From NCBI GenBank assembly GCA_000934665.2, contig JYFJ02000949.1:1-64000 (forward strand): a stretch of 64,000 nt of DNA, written 5' to 3'. Positions within the stretch are counted from its first letter, which is position 1. Each line of letters starts with the position of its first letter. Both the position numbers and the translations under genes were made by a program. This DNA is from Catajapyx aquilonaris. Lineage: Eukaryota. Positions 26,601 to 38,553 of this stretch are shown piece by piece. Under the pieces are notes generated by a model. It made no database searches. It was not told the DNA's origin and was given only the letters and a program-made list of their open reading frames with translations.

Positions 26601-29600
26601 GCTCCACATCCAGCAGCAGCACAGATATATCAACAATTATGCAAATTGTAAAACCCTGAGAGAAGAATTGATGCCTCGCTACGTTTATAATTTGACACCT
26701 ATGGACGATTATGACCCTGTTTTAATTCGGTTAGCGATGAAGCCGGATTGTTGCGGGTCTTGCTGCTTGATTGTGCCAAGCCGGATTATAAATGATGCTG
26801 TTAAAAAGCGAGCAACTATTGCAGGATAATCATAGGTGCTCAGCCGCATGTTAATTTAGACAAGCTTCTAGAGGTTAACTGATGGCTCACTTATAATATA
26901 CAGAAGACTGCAGCATTATAAGAAGCTCAAATTGTTCCACTCTTTTTATTTAAAAAAATAATAATTCCAGGTGGATTAAGTCAAATTGTTGCACTTGCAA
27001 TTTTCCAGGTAGATTAAGTCCCACATTACTTCCTAAAGCCTATCATATAACATTTCCGGAACGAGCCCTTTTCAACTCAGCCAATTGAATTTCTGTTGCT
27101 TTTTACCTACGCCTTAATTTGCATTTCCTTCCCACCCACCTCACCTCACAAAAGAAAAAGCCCCCCCCCCCNCCCCCGATAAAGCGAAGGGAGAAGCTGT
27201 TTCCTTCGTGACATTACTTCTTCATTACATCATCATCTTAGCATGCTTATCACGTCGTGATATAAAAAGAAGCAAAGAGGCGCCCCCTCATTTTTTCTCT
27301 CTCTCGCTCTCTCTATTTTTTAAAATTCAATTAGCTTTACAAGGAATAAACCGCAAAGTTGGCGAAAAATTACTGCACGTTTAATTTGCACCTAAATTGC
27401 AATTTGTACTGTAGGCAATGGACATAAAAAGTTGCCTTATGTAAAAAAAAATATTGGTATAACAAACCTGCCTTGAGCAACTCCTTAATTACACATAACA
27501 AAAGTACTGACAATGTAATGTGTATACTCATTATGCAAAAAAAAAATCCAACCATTTAAGTGTCCGGCCAGAAGAACTATTGCATTGATTTGACACTGAA
27601 ATTACAGTTATTTTAATGGCGTAAAATTAGACTAAAATTTTAATTTTAGTTTTATTCAGAGTCGTCGACTATATACAGTAGTTGTTCTCTCCAGCAACCA
27701 ATTTTAAATGAGCTATTTGCCTATACGAGACGAGACAGACCTCTCCAAAAAAAAATTTGAGAGTAATTCGTTTACTGTTGCAAATCGCCGATTTACAATG
27801 GTAATTGCGTCCTACACACGCCCGCATTTCCCGTCGCCTTGATTTATGCAAAGGATTATATTATACCCGTCGTTGATCTACTCAATATTGACTTTGTGCT
27901 GAGAAGTAATTTTGCAAATTGGGGAGTGTCAAGTCGCGAAAACCTAGAAGGGATGATTAGGAGAATATGGAGTTCAAAGCGTTAACCTAATAAGAGCCCG
28001 GCAGGGAAACCAATTCGTTGTTTTCAACCAAAAAAAAAAAAACGGAGATTAATTTCCACCAGATTTTTTTTATGTCTGTTTTACGACTATCGGTCCTTTT
28101 TCTTTCTTTCTTTTCACTAAGCGGACCGGACCTTAATTGCATCGGAAAAGTGTTTTCCGTCCGCTGACATAAATACACCCGGTTTGTTTCGCCAACATAG
28201 CAATAAAGTGCAGCCATACAATGATTGCGAAATTGACTCCGCGAAAAGTTTATTGCTCGAAGTAAAAAAAAAAAGTCTATTGCATAGCAAAGGTTTCTAC
28301 GAACACAACACACGTTGTGTATAGGTTTTCTACCCCCCAAAATTGCTTCCAGTTTCTCTGGTTGCTCTCATGTTGGCAACATGCTGCCAATAATTTACAC
28401 ACAAAAAATACAACATACTGGCCTAATTGTAACATGTACAATTAAAGTATACAGTGGTGAAAAAAAATGTTTTTTGAGGGCGTAATTTCCTTCAGAGTGA
28501 TCCGATTCAGCTGAAATTTGAACATGTTTTGCACAATGGCATTTACAGAGAATACGGATAGGCAAATTGAAAAAGAAGTCCTTCCCTTTGTCACGATTTC
28601 AGTGTTGTAAATCCAACTCCAGCACGAAATAGCAATAATTGGCAAGCAAATAAATAAATAAATTTCTTCATAGGTGTCGACTCTCACAATATAAGAAGAA
28701 GCTTACTAATTATGTATTACTTTTCATGGCCAGACGTGTAATATAGTCAACAACAACAACAGCACAATTTGGCGTGTATTAATAAGACAACACTCTTGAC
28801 CTTTTGATACGTGTAATATAAAGAGTGGTAGCGTGCTGAACAAGTTGACATCCAGCAGTCCACAGAGTTTGACGTAGTTCTACGAGAAACCGGACGTAGC
28901 TGTCACCATAGTACGGGGAATAAATTGAGCAATTTGGGTGCATGTGTTGCCCTCACTCGTTCATATAATATGCAAAGCAATGGAGAGAAAAAAAAGTATC
29001 AACAAATTTTTGTGCAAAAAAAAATTTGCAGCAGCGTCTGACCCCAATTATTAATTATTCTTTTTTGCAGCTGAAGTCACGCGCCATATTTGTCTAATAA
29101 ACGCACGTGTTTTTGCCAGGAAAATGCTCACGATTTGTGCGAAATTTTCTCACCAGTAATTGCTGGGGTCCTGGGTAACGAAGCGATCCAGGAAGTTTTT
29201 TATCTAAAGATTTTTTTTTCTTCTTCTTTTAACTCTAAAAGTCTAGTGATTACATGCCCCTCAAAATTGTTCATAATTGATTGTTGCTTTTATTCCGTGA
29301 TGGGGCTGGGCATTATTATTGAGGAGGAGCGAATTATTGAAGCTTGAAGTTAATAGTGTGCAATACCTTTCCATTTTCATGTCTGTAATCTTGTAAATCA
29401 ACGCCAAAGATTACACGATACTGAAGGAAAAATTCTCAATTGGACGTAAGTGTTCCATAATTATTTTTGACAACATTATACGCATTAGCCCCATTACATA
29501 AATTATATACAAGTTTATTCGTTCAAAAAAATGCCCGCGGATATAGCCTACGACACTTCCATTATCTTGAATTTAATTCAGCTAGATGTACACATTTATT

Positions 29601-30075
29601 TATTTATTTCTAAGCCCATTTCGCATGCAGTGCCGTTCCATAATTATTCCGACAACATTGTATCATTACTACTATTACAATATTTTATTCGTAAAAGATA
29701 ATAATACAGCCTATACGACACTTCCATCGCCTGATGCAACTGTACAACAGTTTAAATTAAAATTCTTCAGTCAGATGTGCACATTTTCTTGATTAATTTC
29801 TAAGCGCATTTCACATGCAGGTCTTACCAGGTAATAAACAATCTCCCCCCATTTTTTTGTTTGTTTGCATAAATCGGAATAATACATTCAAGTCATATGC
29901 AACGTATGATGTCACCACTGAGAAGTTTTGCCAAATTGAAAAACTCTGGCACGAAAATAATTTTCGTTTGTTCCTCTTTATTTTTAACGCCACATAAATT
30001 ACGCTCTAATGTTTCACGCCCATATTAACCCAGTTACGCGTCATAAAATATGTTTGGAAATAATTTTTATGTTTC

Positions 30076-30144
<69 letters not shown>

Positions 30145-32735
30145 GGAAACTTCTTCCTGCTTCTGCTGCTTCTTTTTTTAAAGGGTCGTATATGTGTAGT
30201 GTGTATGTGCGTGAGTAATCCTTCAGACTTATCCTTTAATACCAGCCGGAATATGCGCCGTAAGCTCCTCCTCTAGCTCCGACTTCCTTCTTTTTGCGAG
30301 CCTCTTGTTCCTTGATTAGTCTTGTGCTCGGACACTCTGCTGGATGGACGCTCATCAGTGTCAGTCCGACACACTCATTGGACAACACCGGACAACTGAC
30401 CAGAAGGAAGAGGTCTTAGGTCCGAATTTATTCATATACGAATCGTATAACAATAGTCATATATGTTGCCAGAATAATTTTTTTCTTTTGGATCGTTGCC
30501 TGGGAAATAACGTGTCGCATGTGACACATATCCAGTGGTTAATAGCGCGGATAACGTTGTATGTGACAAACTGACGCTTGTTGTTTTGGGTGGTGGTAAA
30601 AAAATATTTGGAGCGATGCCTGGAATAACGTTTACACGTGCGACAGACTGACAATTGCAAATTTGCCACGAAATTCTTTTTCCAAGGGATGTGTTTGTGA
30701 CAAAGTACTGACATGGACGGTGTGGACGTCGGCCAGGAATAACGTCGGATGTGACATTAACCTTGCCCCAGACGCCGTTGAATCCACACGCTAATAATAA
30801 CGCTGTAGACGCGTATACAGTACTCTGATTTTTATCATAATAATTATTTCTACTAATTAATATTTTAGTCTAAGTTTCATTTCATTGCCAAATGCAACGT
30901 TTTTAAATAATATTTGTCGTTTATTTATTTATTTATTTCTTGTGGCACTTCTCCTTGGAGTGTCAGCAGGTCTGAATAGTGCCGCAATTTGGCCACAAAA
31001 ATCTGTAATATTGTGTTCAGCCATACATTTTTGGCGATTTTTCGAACTGGTTGCTGGAGTGAACAACACAAACGGGCAAAGTACACCCAATAATGTCATG
31101 CATGAATCGCAAATTTTGTACTTGTTCTGTAATGGAATCGCTCCAGCCGTCAGTTAAAATTTTTATTTCACGTACAATTACACTCTAACATTGTTCGACC
31201 GTGTATGTACGACAATGATTTAGTACCCACTTGGTTATATGGACTTGTGCTAATGTCACTTGCATCGTTATTCCAGGGGCCACCGATTAAATTAAGCGGA
31301 AAAAAATCCTCCAAAAAATTTGGGCGCGTTCGAACAAAAATAACAAACTGACGTTTTGAGCAGGAGTTGATGCGAGTAAGTGTATTCATTGCGCTTGTCT
31401 GCATCATTACGTGTGCAGAAGTTGACGACAATTTTTGTAAAAAAAAAAAAATACAGGGTGATCCAACAAGATACAATTTATACAATAGAAAATATACTCT
31501 TCGCCAATATGGTCATTAATCAAGAGATTTTGCCTTATAATTCGCTGTTGTATCAGCTAAAATTAGGAGAAAACTTTTGATATGTGAATACCTACACTTT
31601 GAGCTCGCGACTTTGTGTATCCAGGATGAAATCCCAATTTCGAGAAATTTCGTGACAAAAAAAAATCCAATTCATAAGCATCTTTCAAGACGAAAATTCC
31701 CAAGATAGAATGTTGCATTTCACGGTCTAGCTGTTTCCCTTACATTTAATTTTTTTTTTTCCTTCGTTGCCTTCCAGTTTTTTTTCCCCCCTCCCCCCGT
31801 TGCTCTTTCTGAATACTAGAGGATTTGATCCGTGTCATAATTAAGTTTTAGGGAGAGGATCGAGGTGGTGGAAAAGAGGCGTCGGAGGCGTCGGGGGTGC
31901 CGGCGGCGCCTGCATCCGGGACATGGACTCGGAGGATGAGGCCCGTGTGATGGACCGTACGTGAGTCTTCCAATTTGCTTTTTTTGGGGCTTTTTTTTTA
32001 GGGTTTGTCCCCCCCACGTAGTACCTTACTTCGCTAATAGATGGGGCATCCTCCCTCTCTGCACACTACTGCCACTCTCATCTGTGCGGGGGGTGGTGGT
32101 ACTATACATGTGGATTTCTTCCCATCGTGAGCGACTCATGTACGAGATGAGTATTTATTATAGCCATTTTGAGCCGTGTGGTCCAGATGGGATAGGATGT
32201 GCTTCCAGGGAGGGGGACTTGGGGCTGATCCGGATGTGGCCATTTGGGTCTCTGGTCAAATGTAGGGGGGGGGGGGGTGAAGGGTGTCGAGGGGTGCAGG
32301 GGAAGGCGGTCAGGCGGTTGACAGTTGATGTCCGGGACAAACTACCGAAAAAAAATTGTCAATTGAAGTGCTGGTAAATTTCTGTCTAAAATCAGGAGAT
32401 TTTTCAATTCATTGACCACTGGACGTCTGGACCCTTACTCTAGAAAAATAAGAGAGAGGTAAAGGACGCAAGGTACTAATGGGAAAGATTAATCTATATG
32501 GATCCAAACACCCCCTCTAGGTTTATTTACCTTTCTGATTGGATCCACGGAAATTTTCGTAGGAAGTATAAGGTAATCTACGACGTCTATTTTTCTCAGC
32601 GCGCAAATATTTTTTGATGCAAAAAAGTGAATAATTAAAAGTGGCAGAATTGCAAAAATGCTGATAATAATTAAACGAGCCCCTTAAAGAAAAAAAAACT
32701 ATGGCGTTTCCTCCAATAATAATAATAATAATAAT

Positions 32736-32780
<45 letters not shown>

Positions 32781-35700
32781 TGTTAATAAACTTATAACAA
32801 TTAAACGAGCCTATTGAAGAGAAATGATGACATTTCCCCCATTGCGATAATTGCAGATAAATTCATTTTTGACGCAATATTGTGCAGTTATCGATTTATT
32901 TAACACGTCATCACTTGTTTATTTTTTTAAATTGACGTCATGTGTAATAATACACGTAAAAAATTAATTCAATTTTAATTTTCTCTGCGGACATGACCCA
33001 GACATTTCGATCGTACTATAGCATTTGCAACTGGCCAATCCTGAATGCAGACCCAGTTTATAATTTTAATGTTGCAATCTGATATTTACTGGGCGTGGGC
33101 GTGTGACGGCTTGTGTGACGGAGGCGTCACCTTAGCGACCACCTTTGCCTGGAATTTTTCCAAAACCGGAAATTGGATCATGGCTGAAAAAGGGCGGGAA
33201 AGAGGAAGCACATGGCCCGCCTCCTTTCGACGGGAAGTCGGAAATTTGGGTTTATAAGCAGTGGCGTGCTCCTGTCATCCACGCATTTTACAGGGTGTCT
33301 CATAATTGATGCCGGCAGCAAACATCTTTATGAAACACCCTGTATTTTGACACCTATTATTGAGCAGTAACCGGGACATGCGCCTTGAACCGTATGAGTT
33401 AATTATGAAATTATCATTCTGCCGGGCCATTAATTTTGAGACACCCACTCACCCTATAGGACAGACCCGGGTTAAAGATCGGTGCAGGAGCGTCACAGTA
33501 ATTAACAGGTCATACACGGTGGGGCCATGGTGTGCTTCAGAGCGATTAATTATTCCCAGCCCCTAATTCTCCTAGAGGTCAATTAGTAAATCGGGACGGA
33601 TTAAATGGACCTCTGTACAGTGTGCAGATCCGACCACGCATTTATGTATGGTTAATTAAAGGGAGCCATTCATTGCACCTACGTTGTAACGTCACTCTAC
33701 ATGATTTTGTATGCAATGTGACGTCAATTGTTGCAGAACCAGTGGTTCATCTCCTACTGATCAGCTTATTGTTCCATTTGTCCACAGGAGAACTATGTCC
33801 TCGTCCTGCGGCGGAAGGGACGGCATCGTCGTCTTCGTCGTCGTCAAAAGTTGTTCGGAGACAATCGACAGTCCACGTCGGCGACGCTGGAGACGCCGAA
33901 ATAGAAGGCAGAGAGACCTGGGACAGAGGAGCAGACTTCCTTCTGTCCATCATTGGATTCGCAGTGGACCTGGCCAATGTCTGGCGATTTCCTTTCCTCT
34001 GCTACAGGAACGGCGGAGGTGGGTCGTCTTTCTTAATTATCTTCTCATCATCGGATGTTTGTCCGACCTGGTAGTACCACTATCTCCCGCACGACTTGAG
34101 AGTGGCAGGAGTATGCAGAGGAACGTACCACGCTGGCCGATTTATCACACAGTAATATTTTTCACGCATAGATGGCGCATGCACCCTTCCTCTGCACACT
34201 CCTGCCACTCTCAAGTCATGCGGGAGATAGTGGTACTACCAGGTCGGACAAACATCCGGCGGAAATAAATAGCATACCGATATACATGTCGCCAAATTTT
34301 GACAACAGGTTCACTACAGTACTTGTAATACAGAAAAAAGAGACTATTTCCTTGCTATTTCTTTCAACAAAAGTTGTTTATTTTGGCGAAGTAAGCTATC
34401 TACTGTATGTTATCTGGCTAGTACTACGTCAAGGCGATGAAGCTTCTGGAGCATGTCCTTCATTAGCGGTGCCTACCTATGCCTTTCATAGATTTTATGA
34501 CTTCATTCCGGGTGCAATTTTCCCCACTTGACAGCCTCTCTCATATATTTCTACCCCTCTACACTTTTTGCATGCCGTTGCCGACACTAGTTGGCAAAAT
34601 TGCTCTTGGAAGAAGTTGCGAAAAAAAAGCGGAAGGAAACTCTCGCCAAAAAAAATTTTTCCACTCTTCTTGCAAGTGAGGCGACAAATGAGAATAACAA
34701 AGTGCTTGAAACCAGCAAATGAAATGAACTCCCGTTATCCTTAGGAAATCAAATCAAATTACATTGGTCCACATTTTTTTAAAATATATATTTTAGTAGA
34801 CTAGTGGAGTAGTGGGTGGGACTTTTTCTCTCTCTCGATAATCCTCTTATATGGTACGTCACAATCGCAGTTTAGAATCGCATTGTTCGAGGACAGGACA
34901 GAGTTAGCGAGGCGTTCTCTTTCCACGGAGGGACTTTTCATTTATAGGTGTGAAAGAGATGGAGCCAGAATGGAGAAACCGATACCAGGGGACAATGTTG
35001 CTTCCAAATTGTATTTTTTTAGATACCCCCCCCTTTTGAAGAAGAGGAGAGGGGGAACACAGTATCTGAAAGGTTCGATTGGTGCGACTCGATGTGTATA
35101 CAAGGGTGTTGGTAAAGAAGCGCGTTCAAGCTAACGTAACCCACACTACAAGGCTGGCAAGCATGTAACCGATATTTTTAAAGGTGTCAATTGTGTGATT
35201 TGACCAAAAAAAAAAAACTGTAAGGTAAAAGCACATTAGCTTAGTAGTACAATCAGCAGGGTGTTCTTTATTAACTTGGAGAATGAGTCGAATATTATCT
35301 TGATAATGGAGCCAAAAAATTTCATTTTAATTTTGACATGGCCGCGCATATTTTGATGTCCCCACAGGGGCTTTCCTCATTCCATACGTGTTGATGATGA
35401 TCTTCGGAGCCCTTCCGCTCTTCTACCTGGAGCTGCTCTTGGGCCAGTACCACAGACAAGGTCCAATCAGCGTCTGGAGGATCTGCCCTCTCTTCAAAGG
35501 CGAGTATTCATTCGTACTGTACTGTATACAGTTGTTATTGTTGTTACTGACAATGCGGTGTCAGGTGTGGGGTACTGCGCGGTGCTGGTGGCTTTCTACG
35601 TGTCCTTCTACTACAACGTGATAATCGGGTGGGCCGTGTACTTCCTGGTGGCCACCATGACACCCGACCTGCCTTGGCTGCACTGCAACAACACCTGGAA

Positions 35701-38553
35701 CACAGACGACTGCTGGGGCGGAGACGGGGTCGCCCCTGGGGCCTCGGGGGCCGGAGGAGGAAGCGGGGACGGGGCCGGATCCGCATCGGCCCATTCCTCC
35801 TGGGTGCTGGCCCCTGACGCCGGGCTGGCCCCTGGTGGCGGGGCTGGAGGGCCGCTCGGGGTGCCCAACCCGGGGCGGCTCCACAACCGGACGCAATCAC
35901 CTGCAGCCGAGTACTTCAAGTGAGCCTTTTATTGGTTCATAAAGAATATGTGTCACGCTCAGCAATCACGCTGGGCCTGACAGCACCCCTCAAAAAAAAA
36001 GTACCCTACTGTTACGTGCTAATAATAACATACTGTATGTAATATTAATTACACGTACACTGTACTCGTACAGATAAAATCATAATGTGGTGTGTGTCGC
36101 TGAGAAATAATTTTTAACTCCAAAAGCATAAACTCCCGCACACGCGAAGACGGCCAAGTGTCTACCTCTATCTTCTGCCACTGTCAGTTAGGCACAAATA
36201 AGAGCACGGAAATCTACAAAAAATTTAATGAGTCAACAATTAAAAATACGTGCATATGTATGTACATGTGTATTTGTATGCAAAGTACATGTACTGTATG
36301 TATACATATGTACTATATGATGTATACATATGTACTATATGATGTATACATATGTACTTGTATGTACAAGTACATATGTACTGTATCTGTATGTATGTAT
36401 ATATGTAGTGTACATACAAGTACATATTAATATGTACTGTACATAGCATTTTGTGGTCTGTTTGTCCGTCAGCGTGACGCACTTGACGACCCTCGTTGAC
36501 TTTGGAAAGACAAAACTTTGGGACAATTATTTTGGTGTTCGCAGCCGGGCAGTACTGGAGATGCAGCGGAGCCGTGGACTGGACGACATGGGTGCTCCGA
36601 AGTGGCAGCTGGTCCTGTGCGTGCTGCTGGTGTACGCGCTGCTGTACGTGGCTCTGTTCAAGGGGGTCAAGTCGTCCGGGAAGGTGGTCTGGGCCACTGC
36701 CACGCTGCCCTACGTGGTGCTGGCGGTGCTTCTCTGCCGGGGACTCATGCTCCCGGGGGCACTGGACGGGATCCGGTTCTACCTGCAACCGGACCTCAAG
36801 AGACTGGCCCACACGCAGGTGTGGGTCGACGCAGCTGTGCAGATATTCTACTCGGTCGGAGCGGGATTCGGTGTGCACCTGTCGTACGCCAGCTACAACC
36901 AGTTCCACAACAACTGCTACAGGTCAGTCCCAAGAAGAGACGCCCTATCTACTATCCGTGGAGATAGGGCGCTTCTCCTTGGGACGGCACACCGAAACGT
37001 GCCATCATCTCCTTAGGGACTGCCTGGTGACCACTATGGTGAACAGCTTCACCAGCTTCTTCTCCGGACTGGTGATCTTCACCTACTTGGGCTACATGGC
37101 TGAGAAGCAGCATGTTCCCATCAACCACGTCGCGACAGAAGGACCAGGACTTGTCTTCCAGGTGTACCCGGAAGCGGTCGGAACACTTCCAGGATCGCAC
37201 GTCTGGGCTTGTCTCTTCTTCTTCATGCTCATCATGCTGGGACTGGACAGTGCCGTAAGTCCCAGTTTATTATTATTATTATCATCGGAGAGTACAGGGT
37301 GACTTGCACGGTTTGATGTTTTTCTGTTGAGGTCAGATGGGCGGGATGGAGTGCGTCATCACCGGTTTGATGGACGAGTTCCGAAGCTTCTTCGCAGGAC
37401 GGAAGTACGCCAGGGAGATATTCACGCTGGTGGCAGTCACACTCTCCTTCTGCGTCGCCATCACCAATGTGACACCAGTACGTTGCCATCAAACAACGTC
37501 TCGAACGCATCTAAATATCACTTCGTCTTCCAGGGCGGAATATACATGTTTCATTTGCTGGACACGTACGCTGCTGGAGTCTCGCTCCTGTGCTCAGCCC
37601 TGTTCGAAGCAATAGCTGTCGCCTGGTTTTACGGTACGTTATTCGTCTATTAACTATAGTCCTTGTTAACACTTAAACTATGGTTATCGCCGGCAGGACT
37701 GGAGCGGTTTTCCAACGACGTCAAGGAAATGCTCGGGAGTAAACCCGGACCTTTCTGGAGACTCTGCTGGAAGTTCGTGTCTCCAACGTTCATTGTGGTG
37801 AGTGCCTCTTGAGTTTGTGTTGTGTTGACGCAGCCGTGTACAGTAACCGTTGCTTGCAGGCGGTAGTGGTCTTTGGGCTAGTGTACCACCAGCGCTTACA
37901 GTACAACGACTACGTGTACCCTCTATGGGCAGAGTTCCTGGGTTGGGGACTTGCCCTCTCAGCAATACTCATGATACCAATACACGCTATCATCACCCTT
38001 TTACGACTTCCAGGACCATGGCGCCAGGTAAGGACTTCTAAAGCCACTCCTAACATCACTGCTAGTCACACCTAAAGTCATAGCTAAAGTCACTCCTGAA
38101 ATCACTGCTAAAGTCCCTCCTAAAGCCATTCATAATTTCACTCCTAAATTCATAGCTATTCGCTCCTACAGTCACTGCTAAAGTCACTGCTAGTCACTCC
38201 TAAAGTCATAGCTAAAGTCACTCCAAAAGTCCCTGCTAAAGCAAAGTCTACAGTCCTTTAAACCAAAGAACGATCTGGCGTCACACCAGCTGTGTTTTCT
38301 GAGCATGCGCAGTAAGTATGCTTGCAGAGCTATTCGGGGACGCGGACGTGATTGGAGGGAAGAGCCGGGTGGAGGCGGGGCTGAACGTGACGTCAGATCG
38401 TTCTTTGAGCTTTTAGCGCCCTCGTACGATAACATGGACTTTTTTTCCTCACAGAGATGGGCCATGGCCATCAGCCCAGAGACCGACCACGAAGCCATAG
38501 TGCGTACCGGCTCGGTACCGCGCTTCAAGGCACGCCACTGGGTCTCTGTTTAA
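20617..38553 (+). CDS. SLC6 Na+/Cl- dependent monoamine transporter, octopamine transporter (OAT)-like
   Basis: Exons 20617-20839, (31852-31956), 33788-34018, 35368-35499, 35565-35919, 36545-36922, 37017-37254, 37337-37477, 37534-37633, 37697-37797, 37860-38027, 38455-38553 join in phase; [43 protein letters not shown] has the TM1 Asp of monoamine transporters. The first exon link is less certain than the TM core. Confidence 0.9.
21256..21540. mobile_element. Tc1/mariner-type MITE-like remnant containing a copy of the AGATGGCGC family (~21360-21430)
   Basis: TA-CAGGGTGTTTCATCA at left, TGATGCACCCTG at right (imperfect TIRs; right flank TG not TA). Confidence 0.45.
25944..26157. repeat. Imperfect ~70 bp direct duplication
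   Basis: GTCCATAATTTTTT..GTCGAA..ATTAAAATTTGCG..ACAGCTG occurs at ~25944 and ~26088. Confidence 0.8.
30076..30143. repeat. (TTA)n microsatellite
   Basis: Perfect trinucleotide run. Confidence 0.97.
32015..32105. repeat. Partial copy of the AGATGGCGC dispersed family
   Basis: GTAGTACC..ATAGATGGGGCA..CTCTGCACACTACTGCCACTCTCA..GGTGGTACTA. Confidence 0.75.
32715..32780. repeat. Compound (AAT)n(CAT)n microsatellite
   Basis: Directly visible; explains the poly-M/poly-I ORF. Confidence 0.97.
33291..33342. mobile_element. 52-bp Tc1/mariner-type mini element
   Basis: TA-CAGGGTGTCTCATAA..TTATGAAACACCCTG-TA: 15-bp TIR with one mismatch and TA on both flanks. Confidence 0.6.
34052..34258. mobile_element. 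Foldback/MITE-like element with ~70 bp inverted arms
   Basis: Left arm CGGATGTTTGTCCGACCTGGTAGTACCACTATCTCCCGCA..TGCAGAGGA is the reverse complement of the right arm with about two mismatches. Confidence 0.8.
36248..36445. repeat. Low-complexity TATGTA/TACATA tract
   Basis: Directly visible in an OAT intron. Confidence 0.85.
38040..38242. repeat. 12-bp degenerate tandem repeat (GTCACTCCTAAA-like)
   Basis: About 16 imperfect copies at the start of the last OAT intron. Confidence 0.88.

Noticed and set aside
27160..27180. Poly-C run with a single N
   Set aside because: Assembly ambiguity, not biology.
29545..29820. Imperfect local duplication (ACGACACTTCCAT..ATTTCTAAGC..CATGCAG twice)
   Set aside because: Ordinary degraded intronic duplication with no other signal.
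30240..30800. Minus-strand Cys-containing coding-like stretch (CRTCK, CVTCD) in the OAT intron
   Set aside because: Interrupted by stops and no family recognised; a BLASTX would settle whether it is a decayed zinc-finger or transposon piece.
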